From positions 13,640,001 through 13,704,000 of the forward strand of contig JBHGNT010000017.1 of the NCBI GenBank assembly GCA_043228905.1: a DNA stretch of 64,000 nucleotides. The letters run 5' to 3'. The position numbers were made by a program, and so were the translations under genes. The notes under the pieces are model-generated. The model did not search any database and was not told the DNA's origin. It was given only the letters and a program-made list of their open reading frames with translations. Source of the DNA: Azolla caroliniana (taxonomy: Eukaryota > Plantae > Polypodiophyta). Positions 37,590-49,892 of the stretch are shown piece by piece. Each line of letters starts with the position of its first letter. The first letter of the stretch is position 1.

Positions 37590-40283
37590 GACGGGTGGCA
37601 AGGAGATGGAGGCTCAACAAGCTAACAATATGATGGCGATGTTCGAACGGATGCTTCAAGAACAACGCACGATGTCGGAGATTTCGGCATCAGTAGAGCG
37701 GCTCGTGCAACGCAACGGGCAATTTAATGGTAAGGATGTGTCGCGACATTTGCAGGACTACAAGGCGGAGATGCTCCGGTGCCGGGCTTCGGAAGGACTG
37801 CAAGTGACATCCTTTAACCGGGTGGCGACCGACGGGCTTCAAGGGAGTATCCACGGGTTGCAACAACAAAATCCGATGTGGGAAGCATTCGAAGAGGCGT
37901 TAAAGACCACGTTTGCCATCGAGGACTCCTCCAAGGCAACGCGGAGGGGATTCGAGGATTGGGTGGAAACGTCAGGTAAGGGGCTGAAGGTCCTCGAAGT
38001 GTTTTCGACATTCGAAAGTCGGTTCGGGAGGTTGTCCGCGAGAGATCAAACTATTCTTGCACCGGACAAAGTCATCATGTTTTTGCGAGCTGTGGACGTC
38101 CGGGACCGGAAAGATCTCGGAGTGCTTCTTGAGGACACGACCACCGAAAGCGGCCTCACCGAAACATGGGAAAGCGTGCGGGATATCGTCGCGCGGTACA
38201 CGAAGAGGGGGCAATGGCTTGCCAACGAAGAAAAGAGGGTTTCGGAACCGATTCCGAAACCGAGAACGGGACTGGAAGACCATCAACCAAGGGCTCGGGA
38301 GATTACGGCCGAGAAGGGAGTCGACGCGTCTACGGTGGAGCAGCTGCTGAAGGAGATGGAGAATATAAAGATCGCGATGGTGAAGAAGTCGGATGACCGT
38401 CCCACAAGCTCCAAATATACGGATCGACGGTGCATATGGTGCGATAGCGCCGAACACGATCGGAGGGATTGCGACGACCATAAGGAGGCGCTACGACGGG
38501 ATCTCATCTACTACGAGGGAAACCGGATTCATTCGATGGACTCTCGGAAGCCACTCCGACCGAACTTCCGGAAAGGCGGCATGAAGAAGGTGCTCGAGGA
38601 GGAGTTAGCGGCAAGAAGCAACTATGCGACAACCGCGGGAATATGTGTCGGGGAGTCAACGGGAGCGAAGGCGTCTTTCTGGCCGGAGGTGCTAGGAAAC
38701 ACCGAGAAAACCGACTCCAACGATATCCGAAACACCGCGGAAGGCGTCCGGGAAGCTACGGGATGGGAGTGCCCCGTCGACAAGAATAGCATATACGCCC
38801 TGTGTCAATTACATGAGGTGTATGTGGACGAGAAACGACGGCGCACGGAGGATGCGGCCGGACCATCGAAGATACCGGAAAGCTGGAACTCCGGAGGTAA
38901 GGGAAAAGAAAAGGCGACTAAGAACAACAAACCGACTTGAAAAGAGTGTTCGAGGAAAGAATCTTGGATAGCCGGGTCGATTTTTCGCTGCGGGAACTAC
39001 TCGGAATAGCGAAGAAGGAGTTTTACGATCTTCTCGTGGATCTTGTGAAAAGGAAGAGACAAAGTACGGAGGGAAAATGCTCCAAGGGTGAATGCAAATA
39101 CCGTTTCAATGAACGACACCGAAGTGGAAGGCGAAATTCCGAACTCCCACTATACAAGGCCACACTGGGCACGTGCGACTACGGAGACTCCGGTCCGAAT
39201 CGGCAACATCAAAGAACCCGTGCTAGCATTGATTGATCACGGATCGGAGATCAACTTGATGTCCAAGGAGTTCTACCGAAAGGGGAAGTGGCCTATAAAC
39301 ACCAACCATGGATGGAAGATTCGGGCAGCCACGAAAACGACAGAAGACCTATTTGCGGCTTGTCCGGATGTGACGGTAAAGATCGGGGATGTAGAAATTG
39401 ACCAAAATTTCTTTGTGCAGGATGAGGTTTCACATTCTGTCATCCTTGGCCAATCCTTTATCACGGCTTCACGGATGGAGACGAAGGTGCTCGATAGTGG
39501 TGCGGCTTTTGCGCGAATTCGGAGCCAAAATGGAGGGAAATCCGTCCAATTCCTAACGGTGCCGGCAAATCACGAAAGGAACAAGAGGGAACTCTTGTCC
39601 CAAGTGAGAATGGATTTTTAAAGCGGACTGTTGCGGAGTGGGGAAGTGATAGTCCGAGAAGCCCTGATACCCCACACAGAAGAAAACTCTCGGAGCAAAA
39701 CAAGTACGAATCGGGCCGGATGGGGCATCTACGTACACGGCCGTAACCGGAGGAATGAAGAAACAATACCGACAAGTGGAGGATAAGTTACGGTCGGCAT
39801 CAATAATAAAAGAAGACGAAGAAATCGTGGGAGTAATCGAGGAAGTGTTCTATGGGAATACACTACAACGGCTTGAAGAGCTTGCGGAAGATAAAAGCCA
39901 AGGGGAACCGGGTAGTCCCGGTGGAATCGGTCGAGATGTACGAGATCGTTGCGAAAATGGGGCCGGATGCGCTCCGCAAAGAAGAAGCAATGGTAAGTAC
40001 GAAATACAGACCGTGGAGAAGAAGGTGAAACCGGCCGCGGGACCACTACCCGCCGATAGCGAACAAAAGAAGAAAGAAGTCTCGGGAGATCCGACACTTC
40101 GGAAGTCCGTGGATATCGGACATGCCTTCACAGATGAGACCCGGAAGAAACTTCGGATCGGTGGAGGTGGGTTCCTCTTACAAGAAGAAGAAAAACGGTT
40201 TCGAGAGATGTTGGAGCAACATGGCAAAGCATTCGCGTTCACATCGAGGGAGATCGGATGCATTGATCCAAAGATAGTGGAGC

Positions 40284-40383
40284 NNNNNNNNNNNNNNNNN
40301 NNNNNNNNNNNNNNNNNNNNNNNNNNNNNNNNNNNNNNNNNNNNNNNNNNNNNNNNNNNNNNNNNNNNNNNNNNNNNNNNNNN
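40284..40383. other. Assembly gap (100 N) within the RT of element B
   Basis: Run of N; both flanks are plus-strand pol of the same family. Confidence 0.99.
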
Positions 40384-40626
40384 AATCGGGGATGCCGAAA
40401 GTTCGTGGTCGACCATATTCATGATTGCGAGAAAGTGTTGCGAAAGCTAGAAGATGTGCACCTAACACTTTCCGGGGAGAAATCGGCATTCGGGCAAGAA
40501 GAAATATTGGTGGTCGGACATCTATGTGGACCCTACGGCCGAAGACCGTCACCAACAAAGATCGATGCGATTCAAGCTATGAAGGAAGTATGTGAGTCAA
40601 CATCGGAAGTCCGAAGGTTTCTGGGT

Positions 40627-43408
40627 GCACCACTATCGAGCACCTTCGTCTCCATCCGTGAAGCCGTGATAAAGGATTGGCCGAGGATGACAGAATGTGA
40701 AACCTCATCCTGCACAAAGAAATTTTGGTCAATTTCTACATCCCCGATCTTTACCGTCACATCCGGACAAGCCGCAAATAGGTCTTCTGTCGTTTTCGTG
40801 GCTGCCCGAATCTTCCATCCATGGTTGGTGTTTATAGGCCACTTCCCCTTTCGGTAGAACTCCTTGGACATCAAGTTGATCTCCGATCCGTGATCAATCA
40901 ATGCTAGCACGGGTTCTTTGATGTTGCCGATTCGGACCGGAGTCTCCGTAGTCGCACGTGCCCAGTGTGGCCTTGTATAGTGGGAGTTCGGAATTTCGCC
41001 TTCCACTTCGGTGTCGTTCATTGAAACGGTATTTGCATTCACCCTTGGAGCATTTTCCTCCGTACTTTGTCTCTTCCTTTTCACAAGATCCACGAGAAGA
41101 TCGTAAAACTCCTTCTTCGCTATTCCGAGTAGTTCCCGCAGCGAAAAATCGACCCGGCTATCCAAGATTCTTTCCTCGAACACTCTTTTCAAGTCGGTTT
41201 GTTGTTCTATGTCCGAGGCGAGCTTGAATGCCGGAGTCGCCTTTTCTTTTCCCTTACCTCCGGAGTTCCAGCTTTCCGGTATCTTCGATGGTCCGGCCGC
41301 ATCCTCCGTGCGCCGTCGTTTCTCGTCCACATACACCTCATGTAATTGACACAGGGCGTATATGCTATTCTTGTCGACGGGGCACTCCCATCCCGTAGCT
41401 TCCCGGACGCCTTCCGCGGTGTTTCGGATATCGTTGGAGTCGGTTTTCTCGGTGTTTCCTAGCACCTCCGGCCAGAAAGACGCCTTCGCTCCCGTTGACT
41501 CCCCGACACATATTCCCGCGGTTGTCGCATAGTTGCTTCTTGCCGCTAACTCCTCCTCGAGCACCTTCTTCATGCCGCCTTTCCGGAAGTTCGGTCGGAG
41601 TGGCTTCCGAGAGTCCATCGAATGAATCCGGTTTCCCTCGTAGTAGATGAGATCCCGTCGTAGCGCCTCCTTATGGTCGTCGCAATCCCTCTGATCGTGT
41701 TCGGCGCTATCGCACCATATGCACCGTCGATCCGTATATTTGGAGCTTGTGGGACGGTCATCCGACTTCTTCACCATCGCGATCTTTATATTCTCCATCT
41801 CCTTCAGCAGCTGCTCCACCGTAGACGCGTCGACTCCCTTCTCGGCCGTAATCTCCCGAGCCCTTGGTTGATGGTCTTCCAGTCCCGTTCTCGGTTTCGG
41901 AATCGGTTCCGAAACCCTCTTTTCTTCGTTGGCAAGCCATTGCCCCCTCTTCGTGTACCGCGCGACGATATCCCGCACGCTTTCCCATGTTTCGGTGAGG
42001 CCGCTTTCGGTGGTCGTGTCCTCAAGAAGCACTCCGAGATCTTTCCGGTCCCGGACGTCCACAGCTCGCAAAAACATGATGACTTTGTCCGGTGCAAGAA
42101 TAGTTTGATCTCTCGCGGACAACCTCCCGAACCGACTTTCGAATGTCGAAAACACTTCGAGGACCTTCAGCCCCTTACCTGACGTTTCCACCCAATCCTC
42201 GAATCCCCTCCGCGTTGCCTTGGAGGAGTCCTCGATGGCAAACGTGGTCTTTAACGCCTCTTCGAATGCTTCCCACATCGGATTTTGTTGTTGCAACCCG
42301 TGGATACTCCCTTGAAGCCCGTCGGTCGCCACCCGGTTAAAGGATGTCACTTGCAGTCCTTCCGAAGCCCGGCACCGGAGCATCTCCGCCTTGTAGTCCT
42401 GCAAATATCGCGACACATCCTTACCATTAAATTGCCCGTTGCGTTGCACAAGCCGCTCTACTGATGCCGAAATCTCCGACATCGTGCGTTGTTCTTGAAG
42501 CATCCGTTCGAACATCGCCATCATATTGTTAGCTTGTTGAGCCTCCATCTCCTTGCCACCCGTCTTCACGTCGGGTTCACCAACTGTGTCGTGCCTTTCG
42601 GCTCCGGATCGTTGCGTGAGTCGGGTGGGGACCACAGAGGTCTTGGACTAGGAGAAAGAAGTCCGTGAGATAGAGATTAATTATGAGTAAATAGCAAAGA
42701 GAAAGATAAGAAACTCGTGAATCACACGAGTATACTATATTAATTGGTACTTAGGGTGTTAAGAGAGAAGTAGACGTATAAATCGTGAATCCCACGAATA
42801 ATTTTTGTATTGATTAATACTTAATCCAAATAATCAACAACCCTTTACATATTTCTCTCCTCCTTATATAAGGAAGGAAGAGCTAAGCATGGCTTCCTGT
42901 TTTTTTTTTATAAAAAGTGTTCATGTCCACTAAATGTGCATGTGATGCTTTTTTATTCCCTAAGTATAGGGCTCATGCACGCTAGATGTGCATGAGTTAT
43001 TTTTTAGTGTCTCGTCTTTTTCATATAAAAAATACACGATTTACCTTTTAATAAAGGTATGCATAAATAAAGGTCTTATACGTATTAAATCTATATTTAA
43101 AACACTTAAGATAAGTTAATGTAATGGTAAGGTTGGGGTTTGTCAACGTGGAGGTGTAGAGTTCGAATCACGCCCTGCGCAGTAGTGACTATTTCCTTTT
43201 TCTTTTACATTTATGTCTCTTTATCCGGCTCTTCCTTGCCGGTATGCCGTTTTCTTCCTTGCCGGTATGCCGTTTTTCCTCCTTGCCGGTATGCCGTTTT
43301 CCTCCTTGCCGGTATGCCGTTTTCTTCCGGTTCTCACCGAGCACTCCATTCTCTATCCGGAGGGACAAAAATATAATTTCCACATAGTGTGCAACCTCCA
43401 CTACGACA
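40627..43408 (-). mobile_element. Gypsy B mirror copy: LTR 42587-43408, PBS, open gag-protease truncated at the fold-back junction
   Basis: ORF 40572-42635; its last residues derive from antisense RT. Confidence 0.94.
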
Positions 43409-46400
43409 CCGGAACTCGGGAGTCGATCCGATAGTGGACGAATTCGCGGAAGCTTTTGCCGGACGTGCGATATACTCCATCGGGGACCTATACTCGGGGT
43501 ATGACCAATTCCAACTAGCCGTGGAGAGCCGAGACATCACTACCATGCGGACACCGATAGGACTAGTTCGAATGTGCACACTACCACAAGGAGCGACAAA
43601 CTCGGTTGCACATATGATGAACGCGATGAACAAGGTGCTTCGAGATTGCATTCCGGAGATAACGATGCCGTTTCTAGATGACATTCCGATGAAAGGATGC
43701 GCGGTGGAAGAAAAAGATGAGACTATGGATGATCGGGGATGCCGAAAGTTCGTGGTCGACCATATTCATGATTGCGAGAAAGTGTTGCGAAAGCTAGAAG
43801 ATGTGCACCTAACACTTTCCGGGGAGAAATCGGCATTCGGGCAAGAAGAAATATTGGTGGTCGGACATCTATGTGGACCCTACGGCCGAAGACCGTCACC
43901 AACAAAGATCGATGCGATTCAAGCTATGAAGGAAGTATGTGAGTCAACATCGGAAGTCCGAAGGTTTCTGGGTGCGTGTGCATTCTATCACATATGGATT
44001 CCGCACTATGCACATATAGCGGACCCGCTCTATCACTTGTTGCGGAAAGGTAAGAAATTCGAGTGGAAACCGGAACACACTAAAGCCATGAGGAAGCTCA
44101 AGAAGACACTATGGAGGGCGGAATCACTTAAGAAGCCAAGCTACGAGCGGCCAATCATAGTAACGGTTGATACAAGTCCAACCGGTATCGGGTGGGTCAT
44201 CAATCAAGCCGACTCGGATGGTTCGCGGTATCCGATCCGATTTGGAGCAAAGGTCCTCAACGAAAGGCAACGCGGATATGCACAAGTCAAAAGAGAATTG
44301 TGGGGAGTCGTGTCGGCGATAAAATCGGATCGGGATTATTTGATCGGAGCTGAAGTGGTGATCGAGACGGATTGTCTTCCGATACTCGGGATGATGCGGT
44401 GTTGTACGATACCGGATGTGGCTATGCTAAGGTGGATTGCATATGTCAAGTCACTTAATCCGGAGGTTCGACACATCTCGGGGAAGGACAACGCGGTAGC
44501 GGACATGTTATCGAGGGCGCGGTTTGAAGACGACATAACCGAATCAGATAATGAAGAAGTTTCCGAAGACTACTTCACGTCAGAACACATATGCCGAGTG
44601 AACGTGATCCGAGAATTCCGGGAAGAAGAATACGAGGGGGAAACCTTGATGATCGGGAAGATGCTACAAGAGGTCGAGGATTCAACCAATGATAAAGAAA
44701 GGAGAGCCGAGATCCGAAGGAAGAAGAGGCAAGTCCAAAAGTTCTTCTTGGAAAACGGTTTAATATGGAGGACGCCGAAAAGACCGGATGGGATACCACT
44801 TCGAGTAGTCGGGACGAAAGAGCAACGAAACCGGATAATGTCCGAGTTCCACGAATCCGATTGGGCTGGACATCGAGGAACATGGGCAACTTTTGTGAAA
44901 ATCAAGCAAAGATATTGGTGGAAGAACATGTATAAAGATGTCGCGGAGTTCACAGAAAGCTGCGAGAAATGTCAAGTCTACTCCGGGGTCCGACACCGAG
45001 ATGAGCTGCATCCGACATTCTCACCGACAATCAACTTCAAGTGGATGGTCGACATTGTAGCTATGCCGACCGGGATTGGACAAAAGAAATACTTGGTGTT
45101 AGCTCGAGAAGATCTCACAAACCAAGTTGAAGGTCGAGCGCTTCGGAGGAAAACGTGTGCCGCGGTGTGCCAATTTCTTTTGGAAGAAGTGTTTTGTAGG
45201 TACGGCTGCGTAGGACAAGTGATTGCGGACCGGGGAGAACTCGACTCGGACAAAGCTAGGGGATTCTTCGCCAAACATGGAGTTCGGTTAACGTTGACAA
45301 CGGCCTACAATCCGGAGGCCAACGGGAAGATCGAACGAGGACATAGTCCGATCGTGAAAGCACTTGCGAAGGCATGCGACGGAAGGGTGAAGGATTGGCC
45401 ACAAATGCTTCCGTATGCACTATGGGCGGATCGGACGACGCATAGCTCCGTGACCGGTTACATGCCGGCAGAACTCATGACCGGACAAGCACCGGTAATG
45501 CCAACGGAAACCGCAATCGCGACATGGACAATACTACCGTGGAAGGAAGAGATGAGCCGGGAAGAACTACTAGCGGTCCGGATACGACACCTGGAGGGAA
45601 GACCGAAAGATGTAGCGGAAGCGTCACGCCGACAACAAGAAGCACGGTTCCGGAACAAAAGCCGGTTCGACACAAAGCACCGACTACGACCGAGGAGGAT
45701 TGAAGAAGGAGATTGGGTGATCGTCTATGATAGTAGCTTGGACCATCAACATACAACGATGCGGAAATTCGCGAAAAGGTGGTTCGGGCCGTACGAGGTT
45801 TGGAAGGTCTTCGACAACGGGACGTACCGACTGTCCGAGTTGGATGGAACAATACTACGAGTGCCTATAGCCGGGAAACGGGTGAAGATTTTCAAGAAGC
45901 GGACCGACGACAAACCTTATGTGATCCAAGTCGAGGCCGACAACGAGGAGCAATCGGACGAAGACCACAATGATGCGGGAAGCGAAGAAAGTGGATTACA
46001 ACTCATAGTCGACATAAGGGGAGAATCGGAGGAAGCTTCGGATGAAGACGGATACGAAGAATCAAGAACTTCGGCACATACCGGAGGATGTGCGGGTTTG
46101 GAGGGGGCGAGTGTCGTAGTGTAGGTTGCACACTATGTGGAAATTATATTTTTGTCCCTCCGGATAGAGAATGGGGTGCTCGGTGAGAACCGGAAGAAAA
46201 CGGCATACCGGCAAGGAGGAAAACGGCATACCGGCAAGGAGGAAAAACGGCATACCGGCAAGGAGGAAAACGGCATACCGGCAAGGAAGAAAACGGCATA
46301 CCGGCAAGGAAGAGCCGGATAAAGAGACATAAATGTAAAAAGAAAGGAAATACTCACTACTGCACAAGGCGTGATTCGAACTCTGCACCTCCACGTTGAC

Positions 46401-46969
46401 AAACCCCAACCTTACCATTACATTAAATTATCTTAAGTGTTTTAAATATAGATTTAATATGTATAAGACCTTTATTTATGCATACCTTTATTAAAAGGTA
46501 AATCGTGTATTTCTTTAATATATGAAAAAGAAAAAACACGAGACACTAAAAATAACTCATGCACATCTAGCGTGCATGAGCCCTATACTTAGGAAATAAA
46601 ATAAAATAAAAAGCATCACATGCACATTTAGTGTGCATGAACATATGAGAAAAAGCATGTAGCTATGCTTAGTCTCTCCCATCACTATATAAGGATGGGG
46701 AGCACATTGTAGTTGTGGTTGATTATTTGGATTAAGTATTAATCAATATAAAAATTATTCGTGGGATTCACGATTTATACATCTACTTCTCTCTTAACAC
46801 CCTAAGTACCAATTAATATAGTATACTCGTGTGATTCACGAGTTTCTTGTCTTTCTCTTTGCTATTTACTCATAATTAATCTCTATCTCACGAACTTCTT
46901 TCTCCTAGTCCAAGACCTCTGTGGTTCCCACCCGACTCACGCAACGATCCGAAGCCGAAAGGCACGACA
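43409..46969 (+). mobile_element. Gypsy A mirror copy: RT-RNase H-integrase to 46124, 3' LTR 46112-46969
   Basis: Open pol; LTR has 5 copies of the 23-nt repeat versus 3 in the left arm. Confidence 0.96.
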
Positions 46970-49500
46970 ACGTCGGATGCCGCGTTGTCGGCAGAATTTG
47001 ACGAATTCTTCGGATTTGAACTCTCCCCCATTGTCGGTCCGAAAGCATTTCAGTTTTCGGCCGGTTTGATTTTCTACCATAGCGAGCCAATCGGAGAAGA
47101 TCGAGAAGACACGATCTTTGGTGCGAATTGGATAAGCCCACACCTTTCGAGTCGAATCGTCAATAAAACTGACGAAGTAAGAGGCACCGCCAAGAGACTG
47201 ATGCGGCATTGGGCCACAGACGTCCGAGTGGACTAAGTCGAGAGGTCTTGTTTCTCTTGGTGCTGATGTCGGGTGTGATGCGGCTGCTTGTTTGCCATAC
47301 TGGCAATGCTCACAGAATTGATGGTCCGAGAAGGAGAGTTTGGGGATGTACCCGGCTCTAGATAGGTGCGTGATGCCGGCCTTGCTGAGGTGTCCTAATC
47401 TTCTGTGCCATAGTGATGACACAGGAATATCCACCAAAAACAGGTTACCCTCTCTGAGCGTAACATGTAACGGATACAGTGAGTGTATCTTGGGTCCTCT
47501 AGCAAGCAGGAGGTTCCCCCTGTGGAGTGTCCACCCTCCCGAAGAAAAACCGGCACGAATGCCGTCTTCATCTAGTTGTCCGACTGAGATCAATGGCCTT
47601 GAGAGCTCGGGTACATGTCGGACATTGTGAAGTACAAGTGTAGAGCCACCTGCAAGGTTGAGCTCTACTGTGCCGATTCCAATGATGTCACAGTGTTGCG
47701 AGTTGCCGACTCGAACTGAGTCGGAGTGACGGATCGTATATTGCCGAAATTGGGATCGATGAGGAGTCACGTGAAATGACGCGCCCGAATCTAAGAGCCA
47801 TGTGCTCGATTCTTCAGTCGTGAGCAGAACTTCTGATCCGACTGGATTTTCGATTGATAGTATATTCGGGTCGTTTGGTAGCACATCAGCTGAGAAGCTG
47901 ACGTAATTGATCTCCTCATGCCGGCCACTCTTCTTGTCTGATTTCTGAGACTTGTTCTTGAGTGCGCGGCAGTCGGCTTTGATGTGTCCGGGTTTCTTGC
48001 AGTAGTTGCAGATTCGGTTATCCCGTGACTGGCTCCGTCTTCGCTGATTGTTCGGCGGTCGTGAGGAATCTCTTCCTCGTATGTTCGATCAGTCTGTCGA
48101 ACCTTGTACTACATAAGCGTCGTCTGTTGAGTCTTTGGCGAAAGACTTTCTCCGAGCTGCTTCGGTCAGGATTGCGCTCGTGACTTCGGAGTATTTGACA
48201 GCCGTGGTTGACGCGTTGCACACGGTTGTGACGAAAGTTTCCCATGATGAGGGAAGGCTACTCATGAGTATCATTGCTCTGAGTTCATCCTCGATTGCCG
48301 TCCCCTGAGATGAGATTTGGGAGCTTATGCTTTCGTACTCATTGAGATGTGCTTGAACCGAATCGGATTCTTTCATCCGCAAGTTGTAGAGACGCCGGAT
48401 CAGAAACATCTTCGTTGCAGCGACCTTCTTTTCGTAGGTGTCCGACAGTGTTTTCCACAGTTCGAATGCTGTCGTACACGATTGCACCGTAAAGTATACC
48501 GATTCCGATAGGTGCATCCGAATCGTGGCGCGGACGATTCTGTCCAGCTTCTGCCACTCAATTGGTTTGTATCCTTCTGGAGGTTCTTCATTTTCGATGG
48601 GATCGATTTGCCCCTTGACTATGAGATAGTCCTGCATTTGCTCCTTCCAGAAGTTGAAGTTCGATCCATCGAACTTTCGTAGACTCATTTCTGACGAGCC
48701 GGATGTTGATGCCATCAAATTTGGTTTCGGTTGACGAAGCTCGGTTCGGAGTTGACTACGAACCTTGTTGGAGTGCAGCCGGTTGGCTCACCCGATATCG
48801 TTCTAGTCGGATTTGAACCCGAGTCGGTTCGGCTTCGGATATATGTATTGTTGAACTTGCTCGAATTGACTCCGGTAACTTGAGGGACAGAACCGACTGG
48901 TCTTCCCGAATGTTGCCGAGTCGGAGTGAGCCCGGTTCGCTTCCGATTATATATGCCAGATGCCGATTATTGAAACCGATTGTCTGGACCGATTCTGCTT
49001 CGGGTGACTGCAGCGACGAGAGAGACGGATCCAACTGATCCTCCCGAATGTCGATCAGCCGAATGAAGCACGAATTGGGGTTGTTGTCTTGAGACTGATC
49101 TGCACCGAGTGGTTACAATGAGCGGCGAGCAGAGTTTGATGACCTCTTCGGATGCCGTTTAACCGAGTGGAGCACGATCGTGTCAATGTTGCACAAGGGG
49201 ATTTCACCTCGAGCGGTTACGATCACAAGGAACAGAGTACAACCGGCTGGTTTACTCCAAGTGAAGATGATCTAACGCGATGAGATGCAAGCCTCGTTTT
49301 TCTTCTTCTTCTCTCTTCTTCGAATGACGCAGGAAACCGAATGTTGTGCAGGCTGAGACGACGGCCGACAGCGGATTGAAGGACCGAATACTGTGCAGGC
49401 TCTGATACCAGATGTTGGAGACAATGTCGTCTATGCGGAAGATCAAGAAGCATTCGATTCTGTTCTGTACCTGCGTATGACAGTCTCTCGTTCGTTGCAC

Positions 49501-49534
<34 letters not shown>

Positions 49535-49721
49535 GCACAAAAGACTTTCTATTCAATAGAAACAATAATACAACACCCAACCTTACAAAAGGGTTACAAG
49601 GTCACTATATATAGTGACCGACTTAGGGCAACTACCCTTTATGCTAATTACACAAATGCCCCAAAGATGGGCTATACAAAGGGATAGTGTGAATACGTCC
49701 ATTATACACTTGTATTCGACA
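46970..49721 (-). mobile_element. Copia D mirror copy (LTR 49413-49721), gag with premature stop at 48089-48091
   Basis: Mirror of 30494-33231; CGA>TGA change splits the ORF. Confidence 0.95.
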
Positions 49722-49892
49722 CGGGCACGGCTACCGGAGTTATGTCGATGGAGCTAACGACACAGCACCCGAATCTACACACAGAGATTTCCTGACTTGG
49801 GAACAAGCGGCAAGCAGAGTTCTATACTACCTTGCATCCTGTGTGAGCGATCAGTTCTTGAGCTACATTCGGGATGCCAAGACACCAAAGGA

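Larger units (their letters stand above)
27935..39503. repeat. Left arm of ~11.6 kb inverted duplication
   Basis: Reverse complement of 40627-52280; mirrored ORF track. Confidence 0.97.
36746..40628 (+). mobile_element. Gypsy family B 5' part nested in A: 5' LTR 36746-37567, PBS, gag-protease, spacer, start of RT
   Basis: TGTCGTAG...CACGACA; CIWCDSAEHDRRDC knuckle; ALIDHGSEIN protease; net 25-nt deletion at ~38919 and +1 insertion at ~39072 relative to the right-arm copy. Confidence 0.94.

Noticed and set aside
40284-40383. Gap as the symmetry axis proving a scaffolding artefact
   Set aside because: The fold-back junction is at 40627 in called sequence; an artefact remains possible but the gap does not show it
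33232-40628. Single element inverted by autointegration
   Set aside because: LTR A and LTR B differ clearly around the TATA region, so a nested insertion of a sister family fits better
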